64,000 bases of DNA from Pirellulales bacterium (GCA_963725485.1 CAVRYO010000008.1:328802-392801), one strand, 5' to 3'. Shown: positions 9,480-21,028, counted from the stretch's first letter. Notes: generated by a model from the sequence alone, not told the origin. A program made the numbers and translations.

Positions 9480-10175
9480 ATGCTGCCTGCCGGCCGATTT
9501 TCCGAGCTTTCGACTCTGGGCTTCGCTCTGCTAGCACTCGCCGCCCTACACGTGCAACCCCACCGTGCCAGGGCGGAGGAGGTGCGCGACTACGACGTTC
9601 TGGTCCGGCAAAAGCCAGTTGGAAAAGTCTCGATCCACATCAAAACGAGCCGGGACGGCACGACGGTCTCGACGACCGACACGTCCGTCGAAGCGACATT
9701 CTTTTTCATCACGTATCGCTATCAATTCCACGGCCGGGAAATATGGCAGGGCGACCGCTTTGTCCAACTCGATAGCCGAACCAACGATGACGGCAAGGCA
9801 TTGGCGGTAACCGCCGTGGTGGACGGCAATGGGTCGCGGATCGACGTCCGCGGCAGCGCCGCGCGGCGCGGTCCGGTGTTGATGATGACCAGCAACTATT
9901 GGCGCGCGCCTGATCCCAGAACGACCGCGGGCCCGTTTTCAATCGTCGACGCCGATACCGGCGCGCTATTCGCCGTCAGGCTGCAACATCTGGGCGCCGA
10001 GGCGGTGCCGGTCGAAGGTCAAAAAATTACGTGCGAGCATTGTCGCGTGTCCGGCGATACGGCCGCGGAAGTCTGGTTCGACGAACACGGCAGGCTGGTT
10101 CGTCAAGAAACCGTGGAACAAGGCTATGTGACGGAATTGCGGTTGGCACGCGTGCGCGGCAGCGCGGCAGAGTGA
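9480..10175 (+). CDS. Hypothetical secreted protein (weak DUF3108/DUF6134-like pattern)
   Basis: Start chosen at ATG 9480 (MLPAGRFSELSTLGFALLALAALHVQPHRARA, signal-like). YDVLVRQKPVGK...ITYRYQFHGREIWQGDRFVQLDSRTNDDGK. Confidence 0.45.
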   Translation: MLPAGRFSELSTLGFALLALAALHVQPHRARAEEVRDYDVLVRQKPVGKVSIHIKTSRDGTTVSTTDTSVEATFFFITYRYQFHGREIWQGDRFVQLDSRTNDDGKALAVTAVVDGNGSRIDVRGSAARRGPVLMMTSNYWRAPDPRTTAGPFSIVDADTGALFAVRLQHLGAEAVPVEGQKITCEHCRVSGDTAAEVWFDEHGRLVRQETVEQGYVTELRLARVRGSAAE

Positions 10176-10278
10176 AGAGCCGTGCCGCGATCGTCCAAGC
10201 CACGGGCGAAATCGTGAAAATCAGCAACCGCCCGTGAGAAATATCGGTTCGGTTTGGATACCGGCGGAGTGAGAATTC

Positions 10279-10985
10279 GTGGATTTCAATCGCCTATTCG
10301 CCAAAATTCCGCGACCGGATCAGGCGGAGGTCTGGCTCGATTTCGACGGCACCCTGACGCGTCGAGACGTAGTCGACTCGCTGATTCGCCGCTACGCCGC
10401 CACGGACGAATGGCGGACGCTGGAAGACGCGTGGCAGGCCGGCGAAATCGGCTCGCGCGAGTGTCTCACGGGCCAACTGGGGCTGATCCGGATCAGCGAG
10501 CAGAACCTGGCGAAGTTCCTCGCCTCGATTTCGCTCGATCCGGGAGCCGCCCGGCTGTTCAATTTGTTGCATCAGCATGGCGTCCGAACGACGATCCTCA
10601 GCGACGGAATCGATTGGTTCATCGATCGGATTCTTCGGCGCATGGGCTGTCGCCCACGACGATCCGCAGTAACACGCTGATCCGCAAAGGGCACGCTTGG
10701 CAGCTTGTTTGCCCGCACTTTTCGACGCATTGTCCCGCTGCGTCGGCCCATTGCAAATGCGCCTCGATCGAGCGGCTCGAAACCGAGGGCCGGCGGCGCA
10801 TTTATGTCGGCGACGGGCGGAGCGATCTTTGTGCGGCCCGGACCGCGCATTTGCGGTTTGCGAAAAACGCCCTGGCCGAGTTGCTCGACAAAGAAGCGTT
10901 CGAGTACTTTCCGTTCACGACGCTCCACGACGTTTGCCACTTCTTGGAAGCCGCCTGGTCCAAACCGCAGGTGCGCGTGTCATGA
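10279..10985 (+). pseudogene. HAD-superfamily phosphatase (HAD-IB/MtnX-like), frameshift near 10640-10650
   Basis: The DxDxT motif (WLDFDGTLT) is in the 10279 frame. GDGxxD (YVGDGRSDLCAA) is in the 10254..10985 frame. The stop overlaps the next start (ATGA, 10982-10985). Confidence 0.7.
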
Positions 10986-12250
10986 CCAACGCTGTGGACT
11001 CGGTTGCCGAGAGGCCGCGCGGAGCCGATCTCGCGGGCGAGCCGGAAATGTTGGCCTTCTTTCGGTCGGCATTGAGCTATCCCAGCGTAAGTGGGAACGA
11101 GGGCGACTTCGTGCGGTTCGTCGCCGCTTGGGGTCGCCAGCAGGGCTTCGAGGTGGATTTGTGGCAAGCGGACGAAGCTGAACTCGGTGACGAGCGATCT
11201 CGTTTTCCTCGTCATCTCGCTCTGACCGGCCGACCGACGTTGGTGCTGAAATTACCCGGGGATCCGGCGCTGCCTTCCGTAATGTTCAATGCTCATTCCG
11301 ACGTCGTCCCCGCCGAGGCTGCCGCCTGGACCCACAGCCCCTGGGCGGCAACGGTCGTCGATGACCGGGTGTACGGCCGTGGCGCGTGCGACGTGAAGGG
11401 CCCCTTGGTTTCCGCACTTTGGGCCATGGCACGACTAGCTCAGACGCCGGCCCGGCGAGGCGATGTCCTGCTGGAGCTCGTTCCAGGCGAAGAGGATTGC
11501 GTCGGCCTGGGGACGATGACCAGCGTTCGGCGCGGTTGGCATGCCGACGCCCTGATCGTGCTCGAACCTACCGAACAACGCCCCCGCTGTGCCTCGCGCG
11601 GCGGCTGCCGCTTCGAAATCGAAATTCTCGGCCGTTCGATGCATGGCACTGTCAAATGGCTCGGCCGCGATGCCATCGCCGGCGCTTGCACGGCAGCCTC
11701 GGTCTTGTCAGAGCTCGAATGCGATCTGCATGGCGAAGGTGGCGACGAACTGTTCGCCGAATATCCGCTCCTGCGTCCGATCACGGCCGACACAATCCAC
11801 GGCGGCCAATGGCAGGGTATGGTCTGCGACCGCTGCCTGCTAGCCGGCTACTTCGAACTCTTGCCGGCCGACGACCTAGACGCATGGCAGGAAAGATTCG
11901 CGAATGAAGTATCGCAGCGGCTGCAAGCCCGCGGAATTCCGCCCGAACAATTGCGAATTCGTTTCGTAGAGCAGTATCACGGGCACCGGCTCAAGCCCGA
12001 TCACGGCTTGTGCCGCTCGGCCGCCGCGGCATTTGCAGAAGGTTCGCCGCACGAGCCGTTCACATGGGCCGGATTCAACGCCGGCTGCGAGGCCGGATTG
12101 CGGGCGAATCACTGTCAAACCCCGACCTTGGTTTGGGGGCCCGGCAGCTTGGCCCAGGCCCATGCGGCAGACGAATTTGTTTCTTGGTCGGCCGTGCGGA
12201 AAGTCGCGGAGATGTTCATCCACTTCATCGCCCGCTGGGCAGGACGCTAG
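10982..12250 (+). CDS. M20-family metallopeptidase / ArgE-DapE-type deacylase
   Basis: 422 aa from MTNAVDS. Motifs HSDVVP, GRGACDVKG and ELVPGEEDCVGLG. Uninterrupted. Confidence 0.75.
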   Translation: MTNAVDSVAERPRGADLAGEPEMLAFFRSALSYPSVSGNEGDFVRFVAAWGRQQGFEVDLWQADEAELGDERSRFPRHLALTGRPTLVLKLPGDPALPSVMFNAHSDVVPAEAAAWTHSPWAATVVDDRVYGRGACDVKGPLVSALWAMARLAQTPARRGDVLLELVPGEEDCVGLGTMTSVRRGWHADALIVLEPTEQRPRCASRGGCRFEIEILGRSMHGTVKWLGRDAIAGACTAASVLSELECDLHGEGGDELFAEYPLLRPITADTIHGGQWQGMVCDRCLLAGYFELLPADDLDAWQERFANEVSQRLQARGIPPEQLRIRFVEQYHGHRLKPDHGLCRSAAAAFAEGSPHEPFTWAGFNAGCEAGLRANHCQTPTLVWGPGSLAQAHAADEFVSWSAVRKVAEMFIHFIARWAGR

Positions 12251-12311
12251 CTGATGTTCAACTTGCCTGCGAGTTCCTGCGAACCGACGTTCGACCCACG
12301 ACTTCACAGCC

Positions 12312-13613
12312 ATGACTCGAAAGCCTGGTTCGCGCGCGCAAGAAAGTATTGGCTGGCGGGATCAGCAGTTCGGCTCGGGCCGTGGTTACGGCCGGCGAGC
12401 CCCATCCGCTGTACGCCGAGCGGGGTCGCGGCGGACGCATTCAGGACGTCGATGGCAACGTGTTCGTCGACTTCCTGCTCAGCTACGGAGCCCTGATTCT
12501 CGGCCATGCGAATCCGACCGTCGTCGAAGCCGTTAGTGAACAACTCGAGCGAGGCACGATGTTCGGCACGGCCAACTCGGCGGAAGTCGAATTGGCTGAA
12601 GCCATCTGCCGCTTGGTCCCCTGCGCCGAACTCGTCCGTTTTGCGAATTCGGGTTCGGAGGCGATTTGCGGCGCGATCCGCGCGGCTCGTGGATTTACCG
12701 GCAAGAGCAAAGTCCTCAAGTTCGAAGGGCATTATCATGGCTGGGTTGATGTGCTGGCGGTCAGCAACCGGCCGGCGCTGGCCGACGCGGGGCCGGCAGC
12801 GAGCCCCAACAGCGTGGCCCATTCCCGGGGAATTCCCGAGGGCGTGGTGCATGATGTCAGCATCTGCCCGTGGAACGATCCGGCCGGACTGCGATCGGTA
12901 TTGGACGCCCACGGCGGCCAATTGGCCGCGGTGATCGCCGAGCCGATTGTGGCCAACAATGCTTGCATCATGCCGGCGCCGGGCTATTTAGAATTGCTTC
13001 GCGACGAATGCACGCGGCGCGGCATCGTACTGATTTTCGACGAGATCGTCACCGGCTTTCGCCTCGCCCCCGGCGGTGCGCAGGACTACTTCGGGGTCGT
13101 GCCCGACCTGGCGGTTTACAGCAAAGCGCTGGGGGGCGGGCTGCCAATTAGTGCTTTCGCCGGAATTCGCAAGGTCATGGAACCGATCGGTGAAAACACC
13201 GTCAAGCATGGCGGAACCTACAACGGCAACTCGTTGTGCGCCGCCGCCGCGCTGGCCGTGTTGCGCAAGTCGAACGCCCGAATGTGCTCGCCGAAGTTCG
13301 GCAACGTGGCGAACGAGTGATCGAAGCGATCCGCCGGGCTGCTCACGACCATGGCGTCGATTGTTGCGTGCCGGGGGATGGAACGATGTTCCAAGTCGTC
13401 TTTTCGGCCGAGGGCCGAGCCCCGCGCAACTATCGCGAGTTGCTCGCCACCGACGCCACACGCTATGCTCGGTTGCAGGCCGGGCTGCTTCGGCGGGGGT
13501 TGCACGTCAACTCGAGCGGCAGCGCCTGCTGGTTTTCTTGCACCGAACACCACGACGACGATATCGCACTCGCCTGCGAGGCCATCGACGCGGCGTTTGC
13601 CGACCTGGTCTAG
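12312..13613 (+). pseudogene. Class-III (PLP) aminotransferase, glutamate-1-semialdehyde 2,1-aminomutase-like; frameshift near 13262-13270 and an ambiguous start
   Basis: LAGGISSSARAV...DVDGNVFVDFLLSYGALILGHANP...FANSGSEA...LIFDEIVTGFRLAPGG...VYSKALGGGLPISAF. The last ~115 aa are in the 13236..13613 ORF. ATG 12312 is out of frame with ESLVRARKKVLAGG, so either there is a shift near 12316 or the gene starts at TTG 12349. Confidence 0.7.
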
Positions 13614-13626
13614 GAACCGACCGCGC

Positions 13627-14963
13627 ATGCTGTTTGCCGCCGCCGACCGAATTCTCGATCATCTCTCGGAGCGCGGCCTGGGACGACTCTATCGACTCGC
13701 ACCGCCGGCGCTGGTCACCGGCTTGGCGCGATATCGGTTCCACCGAACCGTGCGCTGGGTCGCGAAGCGCTCGGCTTTTTATCGCGAGGCATTCCGCGCC
13801 GGGGTATCGACGCTCGGCGCGTTCGCTCGCCCGCGGACCTGGGCGATTTCTTCACCACACCCGACGATCTGAGTCGCGACCCCGAAAAATTTCTGTGCGC
13901 ACCCCCCGGTTTCGTGTTCGAATCGTCGGGAACCAGCGGCCGGAACAAGCAAGTGTACTACGACGGCCGCGAGCTGGATTACATCGGTAAAGTGACCGCC
14001 TCGGCCCTGGGCATGATGGACGTGACGGCTGGCGATCGCGTGGCCAACGCCTTCGATTTCTCGATGTGGATCCCCGGTATCCTGATGCATCAGGGGCTGA
14101 AGCGGATCGGTGCGTTTTGCCAGATTTTCAGCAAAGTCGACCCGATCGAAGTCTATCGGCGGATGAAGCAATATCGTTTCAACGTCGTGCTAGGCGAGCC
14201 GACCTGGCTGATTCGCCTGACCGAGTTGGCCGAAAAGCAAGGCTCGTATCCCCTGAAATTGCTTATCGGCGGGGCCGAGGAAATGCCCGCGGCCGCCATC
14301 CCTTGGATGCGCGAAGTTTGGGGCGGCGCCGAAGTGAAAATGTGTTACGGCAGCGTTGAGATGGGGGGCGGGCTCGGGTTTCAGCCTTGCTCGAATCGCG
14401 ACGGATATCACATCGACAACGTGAATTTCTTGACTGAGATGGTCGATCTTGACGCCGACGGATTCGGCGAAATCGTGTTTACCACGCTCACCCGGCACGT
14501 GATGCCATTGGTCCGATACCGTACGCGCGACGTATCGCGGCTGGAGTCCAAACCTTGCCCCTGCGGCCTGCGGGCGCCGCGGCTAAGCAAGCTCCGCGGC
14601 CGGTGCGATGAGTTGGTAGTCGCCAGCGGCGGCAATTTGTATCCGCTGATGTTCGAGTCGATCCTGCGCGACGTGCCGGGACTGACTCGCGACTGGCAAA
14701 TTGTTTTCAGCTTGGATGGCCTGCGCGAAGTGCTCGACATGCGTGTCGAAACCGAGCGGACCGACACCGGCGCGTTGCAAGAGCAGATCTTCGATCGGGC
14801 GAGCCATCTCTATCCCGACCTGATGAGGAACTTCGCGCTGGGGACCTTTCAGATGAAGGTTACGCCTTGCCCGCCCGGCCAAATCCGCACCGGCCGCAAA
14901 CTGCGGCGCATGGTCGACCTCCGCTTTGACCACGCGCGGCCGCAAACCGTGAAATCCGCATGA
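13627..14963 (+). pseudogene. PaaK / coenzyme-F390-synthetase / CapK-type adenylate-forming ligase, frameshift near 13797-13805
   Basis: MLFAAADRILDHL...AFYREAFR (13627 frame), then IDARRVRSPADLGDFFTTPDDL...FESSGTSGRNKQ (ANL P-loop) in the 349-aa ORF. Confidence 0.7.
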
Positions 14964-14980
14964 CAGGCTGTTAGGGCCTC

Positions 14981-17456
14981 TTATTGGATCAGCGAGATCT
15001 GGACGCCGGTTTGCAGAATCTGCGTAAACGCCTGTTGCAGATCGTTGACGACCGTTGTCTGATCGCCGTAGATGATTTTGTAGCTCGGCATCCCGTCGGT
15101 CACGTTGCCGATGGTTTGCATCGCATTCAGCGTGGCGGTGTTTGTCGGCGCCTCGGAATCACTCGGGCTGAAGCATGGACCGAACCCGATGCAGTGAATC
15201 AACAAGGGTTTTTGCGGCGTGGAATACCCAGGCGAGCTGGCCGTGGTTTGCGCGGCAAGCTGATTGCAAATCGTATAGATCTGATTCGTGACCGCCGGAT
15301 CATTGTCATTGTAACCATTGATGTTAGTGGGATAGTCGCTGGCACTCGGGTTGCCGTAGTTGTAGCGAACACTGTAGTAAGAGTTGTTCGTGCCAAGGCT
15401 GTTGAAGCTGGCGCTGGCCGTCGTGTTCGGGGCGCCGTCGGTTTCGAAGATGACGATTTTTTGAGCGCCGGTTCGCCCATTGCCTCCGGCGTCGCCGGCC
15501 GGCTGCCCGGTGCTGTAGTTGACCAGGGTCGAATTGCCGCTGAACTGGTTGTAAGCCAACATCAGGGCATAGGCATAACATGTGCCACCTTCGGCCCGCG
15601 GGACCTCGATGTTGTTCGAATCGTAGGGCGTGACTGTGGCGCTGGAATTGCCGACGGTCGCCGGGGGATACCACAGCGAATCGCTCATGTTCGAGTAATT
15701 CTGGCTCAAGCCCGACGCGCACGCGATTGAATCGCGTGTCGTCGTTTTCGCCGGCATACGAACGGGGCGTGCTGAACATCGTCAGCGACACGAAATCGTT
15801 CGGATGATTGGCTTGGATGTCGGTCAATGCCGCGGCGATGCCCTAATTTGCAAGCGTAAAGGGGTGATTCATGCACCGTGCCCGGCCACCAGCAGTAGCG
15901 CGAGCAATACGGATTGACGTTGTACCAAATGTTGTAACAGCCGAGAAAATCAACCATCGTCATCGGCCCAAACCAGAAGTGCAGAACGGGTCGCTGAGGA
16001 TTGTCGCCATACTGCATGAACGGCTTGCCGCCCGTCTGAATCAAGCTGCTTTTGGGGGTTATCTTGACAGTGCCCCAGGTATAATCGTTGCCGTAACCGG
16101 TCAGTGCATTGCCGCTGCTGACGAGCGATTGCCATGTGCCATCCTGGTTATCAATCAGGCCCAGGCAAAAGTCGATATAATCCTTCCAAAATCGCTGGTT
16201 GAGATCGGTGGGAGGATCGGTCGACGTGTCGATCGTCGTCGGAATCGAAGTGTAATAGACAATTCGCCCGGACCGCATCGTCGAGGGAAATGGATTCGGC
16301 CCGATGTTGCTGATGAAATTCAGGATCGCCGCGTAATTGATTCCGTAGGTCGAGCTGCCTGGCGTCTTCCAGTTTCCGCCGCTATCCCAAAGACGCGAAT
16401 TGTCGTTCATGGCCGTCGACGACGACGGATAAGTGAAGTATCGCTGCCGCCAATCGTTGGTCGTGCCGTCCGTGCCGTTGGATGGATCCGGCGGCCAGAT
16501 GAAAAATGTCTTGCCGTAATAATTCGGACCTTGCGTGTAGCGCTTGAATGACGAGGCCATGCCATAGGCTTTGTAGCCGGTGGACTCGAACGTGGCGTCG
16601 TAGGTCGAATTGCTGGGGTTGCTGATATTCAGGGCCGACGCCAACGTCTGAGCATACGTGCCGCTCGTGTTCTTACTGGTCTTCAACGGCACATCGCCGG
16701 CCGGGGTCGTGGCGTAGGCATTCGAGGCAGATGTGAACGCGGGCGTGCCGATCGAGTCTTGGTAAAAGTCGGCGCAAATCGGCGGTCGGCCGTCGCTCGT
16801 GGTCGTCGTGATATTCGCCGCATCGTAGGGCGAAGTGAAACTCGTGGCCTGCATCCCCGCGTCGGTCGTATCGGAGTAATGGCCCCAGGTCGGAAAGTTG
16901 GCATCCGGATTGTTCGAGTTGCGGTTGCCGTAATAAGGCTGCCCGAGCAAACTGGCGAACCGCATCGAACCGGTATAGTCCAGTACGATGGCGATGTCGC
17001 GGGGCCGATGCACGGCGGTCGAGTACGTCGTGATGTTCGAGGGCGTGAAGCCGAAGACACGCGAAAATGCAAGCTGGCCGCTGAGATTCGCCGTGACCTG
17101 GGCTTGCACGAGCGTCCAGTTGGTTCCCGAAGGTCCTGGGAATTGCCCCTGGAATTGCTGCGCCGAGGTGACATAGGCGTATCGGCCGATATTGACGCTC
17201 ACCTGGCTGGATTGCACGCTCTTGCCGAGCACTGTGTTGGCCGTAGCCGCCGTAATGCACGTCGGCTGCACATTCGAGTAATTGTTGTTGGCGCCGTTCG
17301 TCGTGTTTCCATTGAGGGTCCGATGCCGGCCATTGCGGCGGCGTCCGCCGCATCCTGGCATTGGGTCCGGGCCATTGCCACCATGCCCAGGTCGATTGCC
17401 AGCGCCAGAAAGGTGAACAACGCGACGAACGCCATCAGGAACAGCACCAGCACCAT
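14981..17456 (-). pseudogene. TadG-like pilus-assembly protein with a vWA domain; three or more frameshifts
   Basis: TadE/G-like N-terminal helix (MVLVLFLMAFVALFTFLALAIDLGMVAMARTQCQDAADAAAMAG). vWA MIDAS start DIAIVLDYTGSM and distal IVIFETDGAPN / LLIHCIGFG. Fragments 17199..17456, 15706..17487, 15324..15827 and 14981..15757 join at about 17325, about 15845 and about 15705-15760. The start could lie further upstream (to about 17550). Confidence 0.65.
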
Positions 17457-17651
17457 GCCGCGGCGGTGCCCGGGCCAAGCGGCGCACGGCCGACGTCTGC
17501 CAGCGGCCGAGCTCGCGGAGGGCGGCGTCGGCGTTTCAGGATCTGCGTCGATGCGACATGGTTCCTCACTCTCGATTGTCCACTCGTTCGCATGCGTATT
17601 CGCCGGCCAGAGCCCGGCGGTTAAATCCGATCAATCGCTCGGATTGCGATT

Positions 17652-18165
17652 TCAATTTGCCTCGCACTGCATTACTGCTTCGGCCGAAATCGGCAACGAC
17701 GTGGGCATGTATAAGAAGCTGGAAATCACGGAGTAAAAATTGCCGGTGATCTGCACGCAAATCCACTGGCCATTGGTCGTGTTGGTCCAGGTACCCAGGT
17801 TGTTCCCCGAAGCATCGGACGAATAAATTTGAATGCTCTGGTTGGCAAGGCTCACGCCACCCATCACGTTCGTGATCACGCTGGTCACGTTCGCGGTCGA
17901 GTTGCCGTAGGTTGTGCCATTAAGAACAACCGCGTCGGTATGCATCACGGCGTAACGGCAGCCTTCGCGGGCAGCGTTCGTCACGACTTGCAGCAGCATG
18001 ACATAGCGGCAATATTCCATAATCCCGAACAGCAGCAACAGCGACGCCGGCAGGACGAGTGCCGCTTGGACGAGCGTGTTGCCGCGACGTCGGCGTCGGC
18101 GACGGGCCGTGGGAGGCCTGGCCAGCGTGTCAGTCTCGATCTTTTTTCGCCGCCACTCTGAACAT
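17652..18165 (-). pseudogene. TadE-like protein, frameshift in the T6 run 18142-18147
   Basis: MFRVAAKK (ATG 18165, GGAG upstream) shifts into ...RRRRRRRGNTLVQAALVLPASLLLLFGIMEYCRYVMLLQVVTNAAREGCRYA. Confidence 0.65.
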
Positions 18166-18191
18166 TTCGTTGTTCCGATCTCCGCCCCACC

Positions 18192-18735
18192 TTAGTAGGG
18201 CAGCGTCGTACTCACCACCACTTCTGAATTGTTCGCCGACTCCCAATTCACGACTTCCGAGAGCTGCGTGATCGACGTGATCCGATTCAACAGATTCCAG
18301 CGAAGCGCATTGAACGGTGCGCCAGCCGGAATCGTCACCGTGACGCTAAATGGATCCGAGGGCTGCGCCTGCCAGGGATCGGTCCAAGTCGTTGACGCGA
18401 GGCAGGTCACGGTCGTCACGGAGCCATTGACCGCGGTGCTCGGAAAACCGGCGGCTGTCAAATAGTTCTGCACGTCTTGTTGAACCATCGCACAGGTGAC
18501 GGGTGTGCCATTCACGTATCCACCCGCCGCCATCCGCGCCTCCTTCGCGGGCGGCATTATCGAGAATCTGGCAGACGTGAATCATCTGCCCGACTTCCCA
18601 CACGCCCATCATTAACATCAGCGCCACCGGCAGGACGAACGCCGCTTCGACCAGAGCGATGCCGCGGCGCACGGTTGGCATGCGGCGACGCGCGGATTTT
18701 CTAAAGACCGGTTTCATGCGATTGCGATGCGACAA
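18192..18735 (-). pseudogene. TadE-like protein, frameshift near 18538-18545
   Basis: RRGIALVEAAFVLPVALMLMMGVWEVGQMIHVCQILDNAAREG continues as ARMAAGGYVNGTPVTC... in the 18192..18557 ORF. Confidence 0.65.
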
Positions 18736-18819
18736 CAGTGTTCCCGCCGAAATGAGCTTCCGAGATTAGCGCCGAATGAGGTTCGGCGGCGGAGACTTCA
18801 GCTAGCAGTGTTTCTAAGA

Positions 18820-18914
18820 GCCTATCCGAGAACCGGCGGGGACTGGCTCATTTTGCGATGCCCTGTGAGCAAAATGTGCCTGTCCCCCTCTCCTCGGCCG
18901 GTTCTCGGATAGGC
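18820..18914. repeat. REPIN-like hairpin element, family B (inverted relative to 6623)
   Basis: GCCTATCCGAGAACCGGCGGGGACTGGCTCATTTTGCG...GCAAAATGTGCCTGTCCCCCTC...CGGTTCTCGGATAGGC. Confidence 0.85.
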
Positions 18915-18937
18915 TCTAAGCCCTTTGTCTATCAGGG

Positions 18938-19026
18938 TGTTGAAAAAGTGGACTGGCTCTGAGCGACCGAGCGAGATTTCCATCGTTTTTGACAGTGCCG
19001 CGAAGTGCCTGTCCCCTTTTTCAACA
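18938..19026. repeat. REPIN-like hairpin element, family A (inverted relative to 4471)
   Basis: TGTTGAAAAAGTGGACTGGCTCTGAGCGAC...GAAGTGCCTGTCCCCTTTTTCAACA. It lies 23 nt from the family B copy. Confidence 0.85.
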
Positions 19027-19455
19027 CCCTGCTATGACTCCGCATTTGAAACGTATGTCACAAAGGAACGGCCGTCAAAAAAAGGACCGTGATTCTCGAG
19101 CAGCGGGAGAGAACCGGCGGGCGAGTGCGAGTGTGTCTCGAAAGCCCCGTTTGTCGTGCTTGCCTGGTTGGTCGTTTTCGCTGCAACTTGAGCGTAGTTA
19201 AGTGCTTGCGATCGCTGTTGCTGGTCGCATAGGCGGCGGGCGCCTACCGTGATACAATCAGGTACAGTCTCCCCAGCCATGCCGGCGAGGCATAAAGCAC
19301 GACTCGACTAGCAGCAGATCATTCGACGGAACGCATCCGAACGTAGCCCAGGCAAGAGCATGGGCCTTGAATGAGACGTTGTCGCGCGGCGTGGGAAGTG
19401 GCTTTTCGCAGCGGATTGGTCGCGGACGCGGCTCTACAGACGCTGGCTCACATTT

Positions 19456-20209
19456 GTGACTCCACCTATCGTGGTCGATCAAGTTCAGGACCATTCGAGG
19501 CTCAGCACTCGATTCGCCGAACTGCAAAGTTCGCTGCCGATCGTTGTGCCGGCGTTGCTATTGTGCGACTTCGGCCATTTGGCCGATGAGATCGCCCGAG
19601 TGGAAGCTGCGGCGCGCAGGCGCTGCATCTCGACGTCATGGACGGCCATTTCGTCCCCAATTTGACGTATGGTCTGACCATTGTCGAAGCGGTCCGCCGC
19701 TACACGCGATTGCCAATCGAAGCCCATTTGATGATCTCCAACCCGGCCGATTTCCTGGCTGCTTACCACCAGGCGGGCGCCGACCAGTTGACGATCCACA
19801 TCGAGGCCGTCGCCGACCCTCGGGCGGAGCTGCGGACGATCCGCAAGCTCGGGGCCAGCGCCGTCCTGGCAATCAACCCTGCGACGCCAATTTCCGCGAT
19901 CGAGCCCTATCTGGACGATTGCGACGGCGTGCTGGTGATGGGCGTTGCGCCGGATTTGGCGGCCAGGCGTTCGACGCGCGGGCCATCGACAAACTTCGTC
20001 AGCTTCGGGAGAAGGCTGGCAAGCGTCTGACGTTGGGTTTGGACGGTGGCGTGCATCCAGGCACGATCGAACAAGCTGTGGCGGCCGGTGGCCAGTTGAT
20101 GGTGGCCGGCTCGGCGGTTTTTTCGCAAAACGACTATCGCGATGCATTACGACAATTGACGGCGTTGGCCCGGCGGGGAGCCACTCAGTGGCCGAGCGCC
20201 GACTCCTAG
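19456..20209 (+). pseudogene. rpe: Ribulose-phosphate 3-epimerase, two frameshifts (about 19607-19615 and about 19945-19950)
   Basis: LPIVVPALLLCDFGHLADEIARVEAA | ALHLDVMDGHFVPNLTYG...IEAHLMISNP...VLAINPATP...DGVLVMGV | PGFGGQAF...LGLDGGV...MVAGSAVF is spread over three frames. The second break is at a CC/CCC run. Confidence 0.8.
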
Positions 20210-20248
20210 GACAATATGGCCCGTTACGGACAGGCCTAGTAAGGAAAT

Positions 20249-20924
20249 ATGGTTCGCATCGTTTTGATCCGCCCCGGCTCCACCGATTACGACGCGCAAG
20301 GTCGAATTCAGGGACAGACTCGACATTCCTCTTACCGAAGGCGGCAGACGCGAGGTGGCCGATGCCACCGCGTGTCTCAAGGAACTCGGCCTCACGGCCT
20401 TGTACTCTTCGCTTTGCCAAGCGGCGCGGGAAACTGCCGAGTCTGATTGGCGCCGCGCTAAAGCTCAAGCCGAAGACGCTCGAGCGGCTGCAAAATCTCG
20501 ATCATGGGCTGTGGCAAGGAATGCTCATTGAGGAAGTAAAACGCAAACAGCCGAAGGTCTACAAGCAGTGGCAAGAGCAGCCTGAAAACGTCTGCCCACC
20601 AGAAGGCGAAATGCTTGCGGCCGCGGCCGAGGCGCGGAAATTGTGCTGAGCAAACTGTTGCGAAAACACCGCTTTGGGACGATCGGCATCATTGCCCCCG
20701 AGCCGCTGGCCAGCGTGATCCGTTGCCGGCTGCAAGGCAGCCGCTTCGGCGATTTGTGGAAAGCCGTGAAGGGCTGCGGCCGGATCGATATCTTCGAGAC
20801 GCTCGGCGGCGCGGGGCTCGGATCAGCAGTCGTGGCCTCGTCTGCCGGCCCGGCCGCTCCGGTCATGGCGGCCCAGAATCAGACGCCTGTCGAAAAACTT
20901 CCAATTGCCGCGAAGGCAAAGTAG
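20249..20924 (+). pseudogene. Histidine-phosphatase (PGAM-like) family protein, about three frameshifts; RHG motif reads RPG
   Basis: MVRIVLIRPGSTDYDAQGRIQG | LDIPLTEGGRREVADATACLKELGLTALYSS...ETAE | LIGAALKLKPKTLERLQNLDHGLWQGMLIEE...PPEGEML | ...IVLSKLLRKHRFGTIGIIAPEPLASVI. Joins are near 20313, 20440 and 20600-20635. Confidence 0.55.
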
Positions 20925-20940
20925 ATTCAGACTAGCAGCC

Positions 20941-21028
20941 TGTTGAAAAAGGGGACTGGCTCTGAGCGACCGGAAAGATTTCCCGAAGTTTTGAAGTTCC
21001 CGCGAGGTGCCTGTCCCCTTTTTCAACA
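20941..21028. repeat. REPIN-like hairpin element, family A
   Basis: TGTTGAAAAAGGGGACTGGCTCTGAGCGAC...GAGGTGCCTGTCCCCTTTTTCAACA. Confidence 0.85.

Noticed and set aside
19485-20468. 327-aa minus-strand ORF
   Set aside because: It is antisense to the rpe and histidine-phosphatase genes, whose motif sets are complete once the frames are joined.
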